Source: Octopus bimaculoides (Eukaryota). Taken from it: DNA of 64,000 nt. The notes under the pieces were generated by a model, which saw only the letters and a list, made by a program, of their open reading frames with translations, made no database searches and was not told the DNA's origin. Below, in pieces: positions 29,554-41,361 of the stretch (its first letter is position 1; the number at the start of each line of letters is the position of its first letter). A program made the position numbers and the translations under genes. Where the stretch lies: assembly GCF_001194135.2 (NCBI RefSeq), contig NC_068982.1, forward strand, positions 162,220,219-162,284,218, written 5' to 3'.

Positions 29554-29683
29554 AAAAACATCATGGCAAATGTTCAAGTTACGTAAATCTAGTTTGAAGA
29601 GAGAATCTGACAGCAAAAATACTTTGGAACGGAAAAGTAGAAGTTTGGGTCGAGATGGCAAACTACCATCATCAACATCAAAA
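29554..29683 (+). CDS. Trio: Trio/Kalirin exon: basic linker after SH3 (KTSWQMFKLRK...PSSTSK)
   Basis: cattcttctccAG acceptor and AAA|GTAGGT donor. Phase 2 to 0 fits both neighbours. Spliced 'LKKTSW..KLRK' echoes the Trio post-SH3 segment. Confidence 0.88.
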
Positions 29684-30399
29684 GTAGGTGTAGATTTGCT
29701 TGATGTCTTAAATTGCTCTACATTTACAGAGCTGACATTATTAAACTGTCATTCTGTTAATCTGCTTTAAAAATTGATCTTGGAAGACTGTTTGAGAGAA
29801 TGAGAGGAATATAATCCAATATTAATCTATTTACGTTGGATTAGAATTTTTCTATTGTAGATGAAATAACATGAATGAGAGAGGTTTTGACTCCACTCTT
29901 TTGAAGATTCGTTTGTTTAATATCCAAACTGAAATGTTTCATGATGACTGATACATCGCAGTGTCTGTTGGTAAGCCTCTACAAAAAGACACATGCATTA
30001 GAGTACTTACTGTTCATGTACATGGTATGTCACTGCTGATAAAGACACCCACACACATATCCAAGAGTGCATCAAAAAGAAGGTCAACCAGTTCATTCAC
30101 CAACACAATACAACCACCAGTCCACAAACATTCTCTATGTTCTCTTTATCTCTTCTGTTGCATCTATAATAACTTCTGCTCTGAAGTAGATGATGTGCCC
30201 AGGCCAATCTGTTGACCTACTTCTCTTCCTCTCATCATCCCTGCTGTGTCTCAGCTGCACTAAGCACTTTGCTCAATCCTTGCTTTCCGGAACCATATGC
30301 CTTTAGAATTTCCTCTCTATACTCATTTTCCCCTAGATATCAACCTGCATGTGTTCAAGCTATTTTTGGAAATTATTTATTTTGTAAATTAATTAGAGA

Positions 30400-31815
30400 A
30401 GAGATTCTCACCAGACAGCAGGATGCATGGTTGCTCTTAAATATAAAGACCCTCCCTGGTGAAGAACGTACCCTCCAGCATAGACTAGTCATTAGTGACT
30501 TGAGACTCCAGGCCAGAAGTTCCAGGTATGGAAGTGAGGTCTGGAATCAAAAGGCCTTAGAGTTAACCTAGCAAAACCCAAAGTCTTAGTAAGTAGGAAG
30601 GCGGACAAATCACAGATCCCTTCAGATAGATGGCCCTGTTAATCTGTAGAAAAGGTGTAGGTAGAACCTCCATAAGATGCATCCAGTGTAAGCTTTGGAT
30701 ATATAAAAGGTGCAGCAACGTCAGAGGAAGGTTAACAGGGAAACTAACCTTTGTATGTGGAAGGTGCATAGGTACAATAAATGCTGAAAATGTGCAGAAA
30801 ATAGACTCCATCAACTGTCAGTGGGGCAAGCTAGAGGTAGTAGATAGCTACCGCTATCTAGGTGACCAAGTTAGTAGTGGGGCTGGATGCTCCAAGAGCG
30901 TAGCTGTGAGAATGAGATTAGGTTGGGCAAAGTTCAGAGAGCTCCTACCTCTACTGGTTACAAAGGGCCTCTCTCTCAGAGTGAAAGGCAAATTGTTTGA
31001 TACCTGTATGCAAACAGCTATGCTGCATGGCAGTGAAATATGGGCTATGACAGCCAAGGACATGCATAGGCTTGAAAGAAATGAAGCTGGTATGCTTCAC
31101 TGGATGTGCAATGTCAGTGTGCATGTTCGACAGAGGGTAAGCATCTTGAGAGAAAAGTTAGGCATAAGAGGAATCAAATGTGGTGTGCAAGAGAGACAAC
31201 TGTGTGTGTATGGACAAGGACAGCTATGTAAAGAAATGCTGATCTCTAACTGTGGAGGGAGCCTGTGGTAGAAGTAGACCCAGAAAGACATGGGACGAGG
31301 TGGTGAAGCATGATTGTCAAACTTTGAGCCTCACAGAGGCAGTGACTGATGACCGAGACCTTTGGCGATGTGCTGTGCTTGAGAGGACCCATCAACCCAA
31401 GTGCACCCGTGCTGGTAGCATGTAAAATACATCTTTTGAACATTAGGCCTCACAGAGGTGAAGTGACAGTTCCTTTCAAGTGTTGGGCCTCACAGAGACA
31501 ATGACCAAGACCTTTGGCATTATGTCATGCTTGAGAAGAAGACCCATGAAGCCAAGCAAAATCACAGTCGTGGCAGATACAGGTGTCACACTAATTGGCA
31601 TGTAAATGCACCCCAGTCTCATGTAAATGGCACCCGTGCCGGTGGCATGTAAGAGCACCCATTACACTCTCAGAGTGGTTGGTGTTAGGAAGGGCATCCA
31701 GTAATAGAAAATCATGCCAAATCAGACTGGAGTCTGGTGCAGCCTTCCAGCGTGCCAGCTCAGTCAAGCCGTCCAACCCATGCCAGCAGGGACAATGGAC
31801 GTTAAATGATGACAA
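30400..31815 (+). mobile_element. RTE-clade non-LTR retrotransposon, internally deleted and degenerate
   Basis: APE endonuclease C-terminus (ILTRQQD...PGEERTLQHRLVISD), then GLRVNLAK, a Cys-rich insert, YRYLGD, LSLRVKGKLF, MLHGSEIW and LREKLGIRGI. 3' UTR ends ggacgttaaatgatgac. Confidence 0.9.
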
Positions 31816-33416
31816 TGAAGATAAGACTGCCCATGATTATTCTTGTAGGTTTATATTTGTGAGATCAATACAGGTGATGTTCAGTTGTTGGTCAGTGTGT
31901 TTGGGGAGACAGTTCCAGTTGATGGCAGTTATAGGGAAGAAAGACTGAGGAATGTATCTAGCTATTGTGCTGAGCATACCTTGGTGGAAGTGGTATACAA
32001 CTAACACACTGGCCAGATAACAAATGGAATCATAGCCATCTCCACCACCTTTAAAAGGAAGGCACTAATAGTGACAAGCTGGTAACTGGTAAGGTCAAAG
32101 AGGCTATCTTTTGTGGAAATGGGACCTACTATAGCATATTTCCATAAATTAGGATAGAACTATGTAGAAACAGTTTTGTGGGAATATTGTACAGCTCTGG
32201 AATACACAATCTGACAGAGATAATGGAAAATAGCACACTCACATCACTAGAACTGTCTTATTGGGTTGGAATGATTAATGAATTTTTCATGCTTAGGGCA
32301 ATGTGTTTGTTGCAGCCAAACTGATGGAATTAAATAGAGAGAGTTTGAGTGGGATTTTGTTATGTCAGTGTGTGCAGCATGGATTTGGAAGTGAAATAGG
32401 TAGCCAATGTTGTGGCTTTATTTACAAATGTGTTACTTACATAGCCAGTAACTTGGCTATCATGTTCTAGAACAGATTGAGTCAACTCAACAGTACTTTT
32501 CTATAAAAATGTATGGTTTGTTTGTGTAAGATATCCTTAATATTATATTATTGTTCATATCAGATGCTATTGCAATGTATAATATAAAATATTGTGATTT
32601 TATAATATAAAATATTATGTATAAATATTAAGATATAAATATGATATATACTTTTATGCATTAGATATTTTAATATATATATGTAATGATATAGAATTTA
32701 ATATGGTATAACTATGATGTAAACATTGTGATATATATATAATTCTTTACGACATAAAAATATAATATAGATATTATATAAATCTTTTTAATGGTAGAAC
32801 ACAAAGTAGATAAAGCTATAAATAATAGCATGTAAATATTGGGTTTAAAAAAACCCTTGGATGGAAAAAGTCAAAGGTTTCTCATGATGTTCTGATATGA
32901 ATGAGATTACATAAATATTGAGATAAATTCATGATATAAATATTCTGATATAAAATATTATGATACAAACATTTCTAGTATAAAATATTATGGTAAATAT
33001 TTATAGTACAAAACATTTTATCAGTGTTATCATAAAAATAAAAGCAGTATTATTTGCCATGATGTCTTTGTTGGCATTGACTCATATCCAAGTAGCAGAT
33101 TTGTAGCCATTGATTGAGCCTCTTCATCTTGATGAGTGTGAAGGGTGCCAATGCCTCACTCAGATGGCTGTTCAGGCCAAGGGTAGCATAGAAGAGCTGG
33201 GGGCATTTATTGTCAAGAAGTAGAGATCAGGTGTCAAAGATGCAAAGAGCAACTTGCACTTCCTCATCACCCATCAACTCTCCTCTGTGATAAATGCCCC
33301 CAGCTTTTCTGTGATATAAAGCATGACTATTAAATATACTAGAACTTATTCTCTTTTGTTGCATACCAAACCACTGCAAAACCAGAATGGTAACATAACT
33401 TCTCTCTTTGTTTCAG

Positions 33417-33635
33417 ATGAGTAGTTCCGATTTTATTTATGAAGTTGCACCAACCATTCAGCAGGCTCTCGCTGATATAACAGTAAACGCAGGAGAAGAG
33501 GCTGTGTTAACTTGTCGTATCTGTGGTCGCCCCAGACCAACTATCACTTGGAAGTCTCCAGATTCCAACACTGTGATACCGAGTGCAAGAACTTCAATTA
33601 GTTACTGTGATGAGAATGGTGAGGCACGGTTGCAA
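33417..33635 (+). CDS. Trio: Trio/Kalirin exon: Ig (I-set) domain, N-terminal part
   Basis: ctctttgtttcAG|ATG and CAA|GTAAGT. FIYEVAP...GEEAVLTCRICGRPRPTITWK...SISY contains the Ig Cys and Trp. Phase 0 to 0. Confidence 0.95.
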
Positions 33636-33659
33636 GTAAGTATCACTGGCTGTTATAAT

Positions 33660-34150
33660 CATCGTTGCATCTTCTTCATTGTCATTATCATTAGCATCCT
33701 CATCTTCTCTGTTATCATTATCATCGTCATCACCCTGATTGTTATTATTACCATTGTCATTAATATCATCATGTTCATCATCATCCTCATTGTGGTCATT
33801 ATCATCATCTTTACAGTTATCAGTCATCCTCATCTCTTCAACATCATTGTCATCATCATCACCATCATCATCACAGTCATCATCACCATCATTGTCATCA
33901 TTGTAGTCATCACCACCATCATTGTCATCAGTCATCATCACCATCATAGACATCATCATCATCATTGTCATCATTACCATTATAGCCATCACCATCATTG
34001 GTTGTTATCACCACCATTGTTATCATTACTATCACTATCGTCATTGTCACTACCACTATGTTTTTCATTATTTTCATCCACCATCTTCACCTCCAGTCTT
34101 ATGTGTATCTCCTGTCACTACCATTACTGTAACCTCCGCTATGGCTGCCA
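33660..34150. repeat. Degenerate (CAT/CAC)n low-complexity intron tract
   Basis: Trinucleotide-rich sequence that generates the spurious Ile/His-rich and Asp-rich ORFs. Confidence 0.9.
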
Positions 34151-34244
34151 CCACCAGTATAGCTATTATTCAACTCGTACATGAAGAACCCCAACTCTTC
34201 CTAGAATTTATTTCATTGGTTTTGTCTTGTCTCCTCCTTTATAG

Positions 34245-34341
34245 ATATCTGATGTGACCATGTTAGATGATGGAGAATATTTATGTATTGGCAGCAGTGA
34301 TCTGGGCACAGTGATGAGTAGAGCTTCAATTACAGTCATTG
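34245..34341 (+). CDS. Trio: Trio/Kalirin exon: Ig domain, C-terminal part (ISDVTMLDDGEYLCIGSSDLGTVMSRASITVI)
   Basis: ctcctcctttatAG acceptor and G|GTTTGT donor. Contains the DxGxYxC Ig motif. Phase 0 to 1. Confidence 0.93.
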
Positions 34342-35300
34342 GTTTGTATAAATTATATACACACATATATACCTGCACATGCAATCACACGCACACATGC
34401 ATACATATGCACGCATGCATGCATACATTTATGTCTATCGTCATATACAGACACAGTCCTTCGTTATTTGCATATAGACACACACACCATACATACATGC
34501 ATACATTCATGCACACACACACACACATTCACTCTCTTGCAAACAGTTTCATGTTATTTGCTCCTGTTTATTATTTTGCTATTTTTTACTCTGGAATATC
34601 CAATTTTTTTATATATTTAATATTTTCAAATATTTTTTATATCGTTATGTCTATGACTTGAAAACGTCTAAAACTATCAGTATATAAATGTGAGGTGCTG
34701 GACAACTGACAACATAGTCAAAAGTTCTGATCTTACTAATTCATGTCAATGTACCACAGCCCCCTGAACAAGACCCCGCCTACTTCACAATGTGGTAAAA
34801 AGGACATCCAAAAGTAAAACCTTTACAGAGTTTGAGCATAATCCACATTGGTGTACTACTTACATACATGGGTTGGCACAGCTACTACTTATACAAACAT
34901 TTCAGGTCACAGAAAATATAGGTTATTCAAGTGATTGACAGCGGCTCACTTACCAACACAATTACACCCACTGGCTCACAGGCATGATGTTTCTGCTAAC
35001 TCTCTAGCCTACCTCTACTACAATGACCTTTTTTCCTCTGATCTTGCTAGCTTCATTCTTATCCCACTCAGCATACTCCTCTCTTGTCGGCCTTATTGTG
35101 CCTCATAGCTCACATATTGCACTAAACACTACAAACATGGCAGTATAAGCCATATAATCCATGGTGGGATTTGAACTCAGAATACAAAGAGTTAAAACAA
35201 ATTCTGCAAGTCATTAGGTTTGATATTCTTACAGGAGATGTACAATCCAAACAGTATCTCTGCTATCATATATGTATGTGTATATAGTGTTGTGTACACT

Positions 35301-35378
35301 TATATTATAATATGTTTGTGTACATTTATATTATAATATGTTTGTGTACATTTATATTATAATATGTTTGTGTACATT
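35301..35378. repeat. Three perfect copies of a 26-bp unit
   Basis: TATATTATAATATGTTTGTGTACATT x3. Confidence 0.9.
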
Positions 35379-36555
35379 TAAACATTGAATTATCTTTGCT
35401 GTGGTAACTGCCTCAAAGAAGAAATTCTCTTTGTAAACTGTGTGTGAAACACTGAGCGGAGCTACAAATGATATTGAACTGTAAGACATGTATTTCTGTG
35501 TCTATGCTTCATCAATTAGACACCAAATCAGTTGATAGCAGCCCACTAAAAACAGGTGTTCTTATATATGTAAACAGCAAAAAATACATATACTGGCATG
35601 AGCTAAGCTTTGTCAAGCTGGAATTAATTAGATAAAAGCACACTAACCAGCAATGATTAAAATAAAACTGTACATTTATATTTAACACATTTGTCTACAC
35701 TCAAACATGGAAAGACCTTCACTTTGGTATCTATCTTCGAGGAGAAGTTCTTACAGACAATGTAAGAAAGTACTTCTTGCTGGGATACAGATTACATCAT
35801 TGGACTGTAAGGTACATGTTTCTACAAGTATAGTTCACCAGTTTCAGACACCAAATCAGTCATTCCCAGTTCTCTCAGAACTGCCTTTCTTATATGTAAA
35901 CAGCAAAAAATACATGTACTGATGTGTGCTAAGCTTTGTCAGACTGGACTCTGTGTGTGTGTGTGTGCGTGCATGTGTGCATGCATGTATATACACGTAT
36001 GTGTCTCTGTCTATATCTATTTATTTATTTGAAACACCAGGTATAAAAAACTATTGTCATATCAGAAACTGTAACTTAGTGATTTAGCAAACAAATTCAA
36101 ATAAAGTGAGTATCAGATTGAAATAACTGTTGTGGTCTTTGTGATTGACTAAATTCAGTAAAAGAAATTGTGCATGTGTGTGCATGCATGGATATATGTT
36201 TATATAAATGTATAAAAATAAGCTCATCAGCTGAAGCATTTCAGTATTCTTAGGAAAGATAAGTTTTTGAGCATATTGAATTGTTTTAAATAGTTTAAAA
36301 TATATAGTTGAAACAAGGATGAAGTAAAATTGGCAGCCATTATTGTGTAGTTAGTTTGATTGTGACAAATACAGTAGAATAACAAATTGCTTGTAACTGT
36401 CATATATATATTTATATATTAATGTATACAGGAGAGACAATTGAACTGATGTTAACGAGGAATGATTATAAGTGCTAGTCTTGATGTAAGTTAATTAACA
36501 GAGCACTTTTATTGTTTCTATAGAATTTACTTAATTGTCATTCATGGTTTTTCAG

Positions 36556-36687
36556 ATCGACCAGCAGCTCCTGGCAAGCCTGTCATACGCAATCAGGTAG
36601 GAACAGTGGTACATTTAGAGTGGACACCTCCATTACAGTCAAAATCTGGACAGGTTCAGGGCTACACTGTTGAATACAGGTTTTGTG
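36556..36687 (+). CDS. Trio: Trio/Kalirin exon: FN3 domain, N-terminal part (DRPAAPGKP...HLEWTPP...GYTVEYRFC)
   Basis: ggtttttcAG acceptor and G|GTATGA donor at 36688. Has the PxxPxxP, LxW and GYxVEY FN3 motifs. Phase 1 to 1. Not in the ORF track. Confidence 0.9.
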
Positions 36688-36722
36688 GTATGAAATATTT
36701 CTCAGTATTTTTACTTGAGAGT

Positions 36723-36951
36723 TTAATCCTTTAGCATTTAGATTACTTTGTCAAATGTAATAGTTGTTTATTCACATTTTTATAAAATCAATCCTGTATT
36801 ATCTCATAGCTTTGAGATTTCAAAGATATGATTGTTTATTTTTAAAATGACATTGCAGGGTAGGTGTGAGAGGCTGGATCCGGCCAGTTTGAACGTAACA
36901 CAGGTAGAATATTTGGACCAGATATGACCTGTTTAAATGTTAAAGGGTTAA
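36723..36951. mobile_element. Non-autonomous TIR element (MITE), piggyBac-like TTAA ends
   Basis: Left end TTAAtcctttagcattta and right end tttaaatgttaaagggTTAA. One end of a relative lies at about 28220-28272. Confidence 0.75.
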
Positions 36952-37461
36952 AGCAATTGAAATATTTGCTAGATTTAATCTTTTTTTTTTTTCTACTTTT
37001 GTAATTTTCCTCTGAATGTGACGAAATATTTTTTCTGGCATTCAATGAACAAGTTTTGTTACAATTTCACCATAGGTAGCAATCCGAGGGTGTTTTGAGA
37101 TTGTCACCCAACCTACTGAAAATAGCTGTGTTCAGACTGTCTTAGGAAAAAAACAAAAACACATAAGTGCAGGCATGGCTTAATGCTTATGAGTTTTGCC
37201 TTGAAGCTAATTGCTTTCAGTTTCAGGTGCCATTGCACTACATTAAAGACACAATGGGCAATTGTGTTCTACAGAAGCCTTGGATTTACAATGTTTATTG
37301 AGCAGTAGTGGAGGACAAATACAGACACTCACACACACACACACACATATGTGATGGGCTTCTCTCAGTTTCCATCAACCAGATCCACTCACAAGGCCTT
37401 GGTCAGCCTGAGGCTATAGTAGAACACACTTACCCAAGATGTCACACAATATGTATGTATA

Positions 37462-37499
<38 letters not shown>

Positions 37500-37574
37500 A
37501 TGTATGTAGATATATGTATGTATATATATGTATATATATATGTATGTGTGTGTGTGTATGTATATAGTGATAAT

Positions 37575-38880
37575 TTACCAAAAAAGACAAAGACAGGTGT
37601 GTAAACAACAAACAGATGTATTAGTTTAACGCTCAGGAAGTGAGAAAGTCTTGCGTTTCAAGCCTACGCTCTTTGACAGAAAGGAACACAGAAATAAACA
37701 GGGAGAGAAAATAGAAAAGGTTTAGTGATCTATCATGGCGAATGCTGGACAGAAGGGTCACACAGGAAAGCTAGGAAGAAGGTGCATGTATATGTGAGAG
37801 CATTATGTGTATGTGGAAGGGGGCTGGTGACAGTGGCATGTGCATGTGTAGGTGTGTGGATGATGGTTTAGGTGCTGGGAAGTGGTCAGTGCTAGTGTGT
37901 TCAGGGCGGTGTGATGTGGTGTGCGGGAGGCAAGGGTGGGGTTGGAATGTGTAGGGGTGGGGTAATGAGAGAGGGGGTGATGATGAAGGGAGAAGGTGGG
38001 TAGGAGTGAAGAGAGAAAGTAGGTGTCAGAGCAGAGTGGGAGGAAGTAGGTGTGAGAGGAGGAGGGTTAGATGAAGAGGGGAGGGGAGTTGAGCCCATGT
38101 GGTGCAAAGGAGTGAAGAGAGAAGATTCATCCCTGCTCATGGCGAAGACTGGAGTCCAGATGGCTCCTGTGCAAGGACAATCCGAACACAGACAGGTGTT
38201 GTAAAGAATGTCTGGTAGAGCAGAAATGGCGCGAGACTGGGGTGTCATTGCTGAAACTGATGTCTCGGAGGTGTTCCATGAACCAGTCAGCCAAGTGGCA
38301 TCCCGTTTGACCGATGTATAGAGAAGGACAGAGAGAGCAGGTTATGCAGTAGATGACGTTGCTAGAAGTGCAGGTGAAGGAGTCAGTGATATGATAGGGT
38401 CGATGATGGGTGCCTGTGAGGAAGGCGGTGTTGGAGAGGTAAGAGCAAATGCAGCAGCGTGGGCAGGAGCAGGGGAGCGAACTGGGTTGAGAGGTTGGGT
38501 TAGGGAAGAAGCTGTGGACCAAGAGGGCTCGTTTGAAGGAGGGGAGGGGTCGAATATATATGTATGCATGTATATATATGTATGTATATGTGTATGTATA
38601 TATATGTATGTATATAGGGAGAATTCTCAAAAAAACAAAAGACGATGACAGGTGGTGTAGACAACAAACACATGTATTAGTTTAACGCTCAGGAAGTGAA
38701 AAAGTCTTTAACGTTTCGAGCCTACGCTCTTCCACAGAAAGGAACACAGAAAGAAATAAGGAGAGAAAATAAAGAAAGTGTAGTGGCTAGCGATCTATGA
38801 TGGCAAACGCCAGACAGAAGGGTCACACAGGAGAGCTAGGAAGAAGGGGAGATAATAAAGTAGTGGTGATCCCCAAAATG
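37575..38880 (-). mobile_element. Penelope-like element remnant: GIY-YIG endonuclease plus two copies of the element end
   Basis: ORF 38127-38630(-) has LVHS...PCSCPRCCIC...FTCTSSNVIYCITCSLCPSLYIGQTG..EH...VSRHF. Direct repeats at about 37580-37785 and 38630-38850, each abutting a TA/TG microsatellite. Confidence 0.88.
38706..38741 (-). ncRNA. Minimal type I hammerhead-like ribozyme motif in the Penelope end
   Basis: Minus strand reads CUUU-CUGUGGA-A-GAGC-GUAG-GCUC-GAAA-C-GUU-AAAG. Stems I and II pair. The core deviates at position 6 (A to U). Confidence 0.6.
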
Positions 38881-39614
38881 AAGGTTAGCCTTCCTTTGAT
38901 ATTGCTGCACCTCCTATGTGTCCATAGCTTACACTGGGTACATCTTATGGAGTTTCTATCTATGCCTTTTCTACGGATCGAGCAAGGCCATCTACTTGAA
39001 GGGTTTTGTGGTTTGTCTGCCTTCCTACTTATTAAGACTTAGGTTTTTGCTAGATTGACTCTAAGGCCCTTCAATTCAAGAACTTGCTTCCACACCTGAA
39101 ACTTCTCCTCTAGTTTTGATAGTGACTCAGCTATTAGAGCAAGGTCATCAGCATAGAGAAACTCCCAGGGACATCCTGTCTTAAATTCCTCTGTTATTGC
39201 CAGGAGGACTATGATGAATAAGACAGAGCTGAGGACTGATCCTTCGTGGACCCCTACTCCTACCTGGAATTCTTCACTACACTCATTACCAACACTCACC
39301 TTACTGACAGCATCCCTGTACATGGTTTGTACAGCTCTTAGCACATTGACCACCAGATAAGGGATTGGGGGACCCTGTCAAAGGCTTTCTCCATTGGTAC
39401 CATACACTTTTGGCGATTGGCACTTCTTTATGCAGCTGTCCTTATTCATACGCATTACATGTCCAAACCAACATAGTCTTCTCTCTTGCATGCTACATTT
39501 GATTCCTCTTATGCCCAACTTTTCTCTCAGTACATTTGCACTTTGTTGTACATGTGCACTGATGTTGCACATCCAACAGAGCATACTATCTTCATTTCTT
39601 TCCAGTGTATGCAT
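38880..39614 (-). mobile_element. RTE-clade LINE fragments (C-terminal segment plus RT core)
   Basis: ORF 39039-39353 has VGVHEGSVLSSVLF, FLYADDL and GLRVNLAKT. ORF 39378-39614 has LERNE...LCWFGHVMRM. Confidence 0.9.
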
Positions 39615-39617
39615 GTC

Positions 39618-39656
<39 letters not shown>

Positions 39657-39932
39657 GATAGATATTAATCAGCAGAAGTTACACAATGACTTAAGGACCA
39701 ACAGTTTTGTGCATTGTCACTTATCAAACTATTTGTGGAGGATTTAAGGCTTTATGTCAAAGGCAAGAGCAAATGGGGTTCCTTAGTGCAAACTGTAAGC
39801 TTTTTTAATAGTGACACCTGGATGACTTTTGGAATTGTGGAATGTGCTATGATAGAGATAAAGCAGGGAAAACCCATAGAATGTACTGGAATTATTATTA
39901 TTATTGTTGTTGTTGTTGTTGTTGCCATTATT

Positions 39933-40645
39933 AAGGTGGTGAGTTGACAGAATCATTGGCATGCCTGGCAAAATGCTTAGCAGCATTTCGTCCATCTTCA
40001 CATTCTGAGTTCAAATTCTGCCGAGGCCAACTTCGCCTTTCATCCTTTCAGGATTGATAAAATAAATACCAGTTGAGTACTGGGGATGCAATCGACTTAC
40101 CCCCTTCCCAAACTTGCTGGACTTGTGCCAAAATTTGAAATTATTATTATTATTATTATTTAAGGCAGTGAGCTGGCAGAATCATTAGAGTGCCAGGCAG
40201 AATGCTTAGTGGTATTTCGTCTGTCTTTACGTTCTGAGTTCAAATTCCATTGAGGTCGACTTTGCCTTTCATCCTTTTGGGGTCAATAAATTAAGTACCA
40301 GTTTCATACTGAGGTTGATCTAATCGACTGGCCCCCCCTCCCCCCAAATTTCAGGCCTTGTGCCTATAGGAGAAATGATTATTATTATTATTATTATCAT
40401 CAATAATAATAATTAAGGCAGCGATCTGGCAGAATCATTAATGCACCGGAAGAAATACTTAGCGATGTTTTGCCTGTCACTACATTCTGAGTTCAAATTC
40501 CGCCGAGGTCGACTTTACCTTTCATCCTTTTAGAATAGATTAAATAAGTACCAGTTGAACATTGGGGTCAATGTAATCAACTCATCCTCTCCCCCTAAAT
40601 TGCTATCCTTGTGGCAAAATTTGAAACTATTACTATCATTATATT
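39933..40645 (+). mobile_element. Three head-to-tail tRNA-derived SINEs with (ATT)n tails
   Basis: Heads at 39933, 40162 and 40415 (aaggc..agctggcagaatc). Each has a B-box-like ctgagttcaaattc and a shared ctttcatcc...aagtaccagt body. Confidence 0.88.
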
Positions 40646-40673
40646 TTTGTTTCTTTTTTCATCTATTTTCTAG

Positions 40674-40856
40674 GTAACTCAGACAGTAATTCTGCTGAAT
40701 GGCAAACTGCAATCCCACATGTACAGACCACATCACAAGTAGTGGAGGACCTTGTCCCAGGTTCAACGTATCAGTTCCAGATTAAAGCTACTAATGCTGT
40801 TGGAGTGAGTGAGCCAGGTTTAGCCTCTCAACCAGTTGTAATACCAACAGAGTCAG
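40674..40856 (+). CDS. Trio: Trio/Kalirin exon: FN3 domain, C-terminal part (NSAEWQT...LVPGSTYQFQIKATNAVGVSEPG)
   Basis: atctattttctAG acceptor and G|GTATGC donor. Has the LxPxxxYxFxxxAxNxxGxS FN3 signature. Phase 1 to 1. Confidence 0.94.
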
Positions 40857-41240
40857 GTATGCATTATTTGGCTGCTTTTCTCTCATTCTGTCTACTCAAA
40901 CATTGTCTGACTCAAAAGATAACCTGTATCCTTGTCAATGTAGCAGTGTAAACCTTTCCTAGAAGCAGTGTAACCCTTTTACTAGAGTAGCGTGGTATTG
41001 TAATATTGTGTTTTGAAGTCTAAAACACTTTGTTAGTGCGACTGTGTAACATTGACACTAGAAAAGTGTAACATTGTTACTATGACAGTATACTATTTTC
41101 ACTATGGCAGTGTCATATTGCGACTGTGGAAGTAAGTTCAGCTGGCCATCACTCAAATTGAATGGCTTTTCATGTTTTTGCTGATTGTTTTAGGTGCCTG
41201 TGTAATTGTGAGCAGATATAAACAACTTCTTAGCCTTGTC

Positions 41241-41361
41241 ATCTGTTTCTTGGGCAACTTGGGCAGTAATTCTGCTGAATACCAAACTACAATCCCGCAT
41301 CTACAGACCACATCACAAGTAGTGGAGGACCTTGTCCCAGGTTCAACATATCAGTTCCAGA
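41241..41361 (+). pseudogene. Partial tandem duplicate of FN3 exon 40674-40856 (pseudo-exon or cryptic exon)
   Basis: Ungapped match to 40661-40781 at offset 580, 14 mismatches in 121 nt by hand count. The copied acceptor TAG has become TGG. Confidence 0.9.

Noticed and set aside
33636-34184. Ile/His-rich extension of ORF 33408 and antisense Asp-rich ORF 33594-33998
   Set aside because: A strong GTAAGT donor at 33636 and in-phase continuation of the Ig domain at 34245 show this is an intronic (CAT)n tract.
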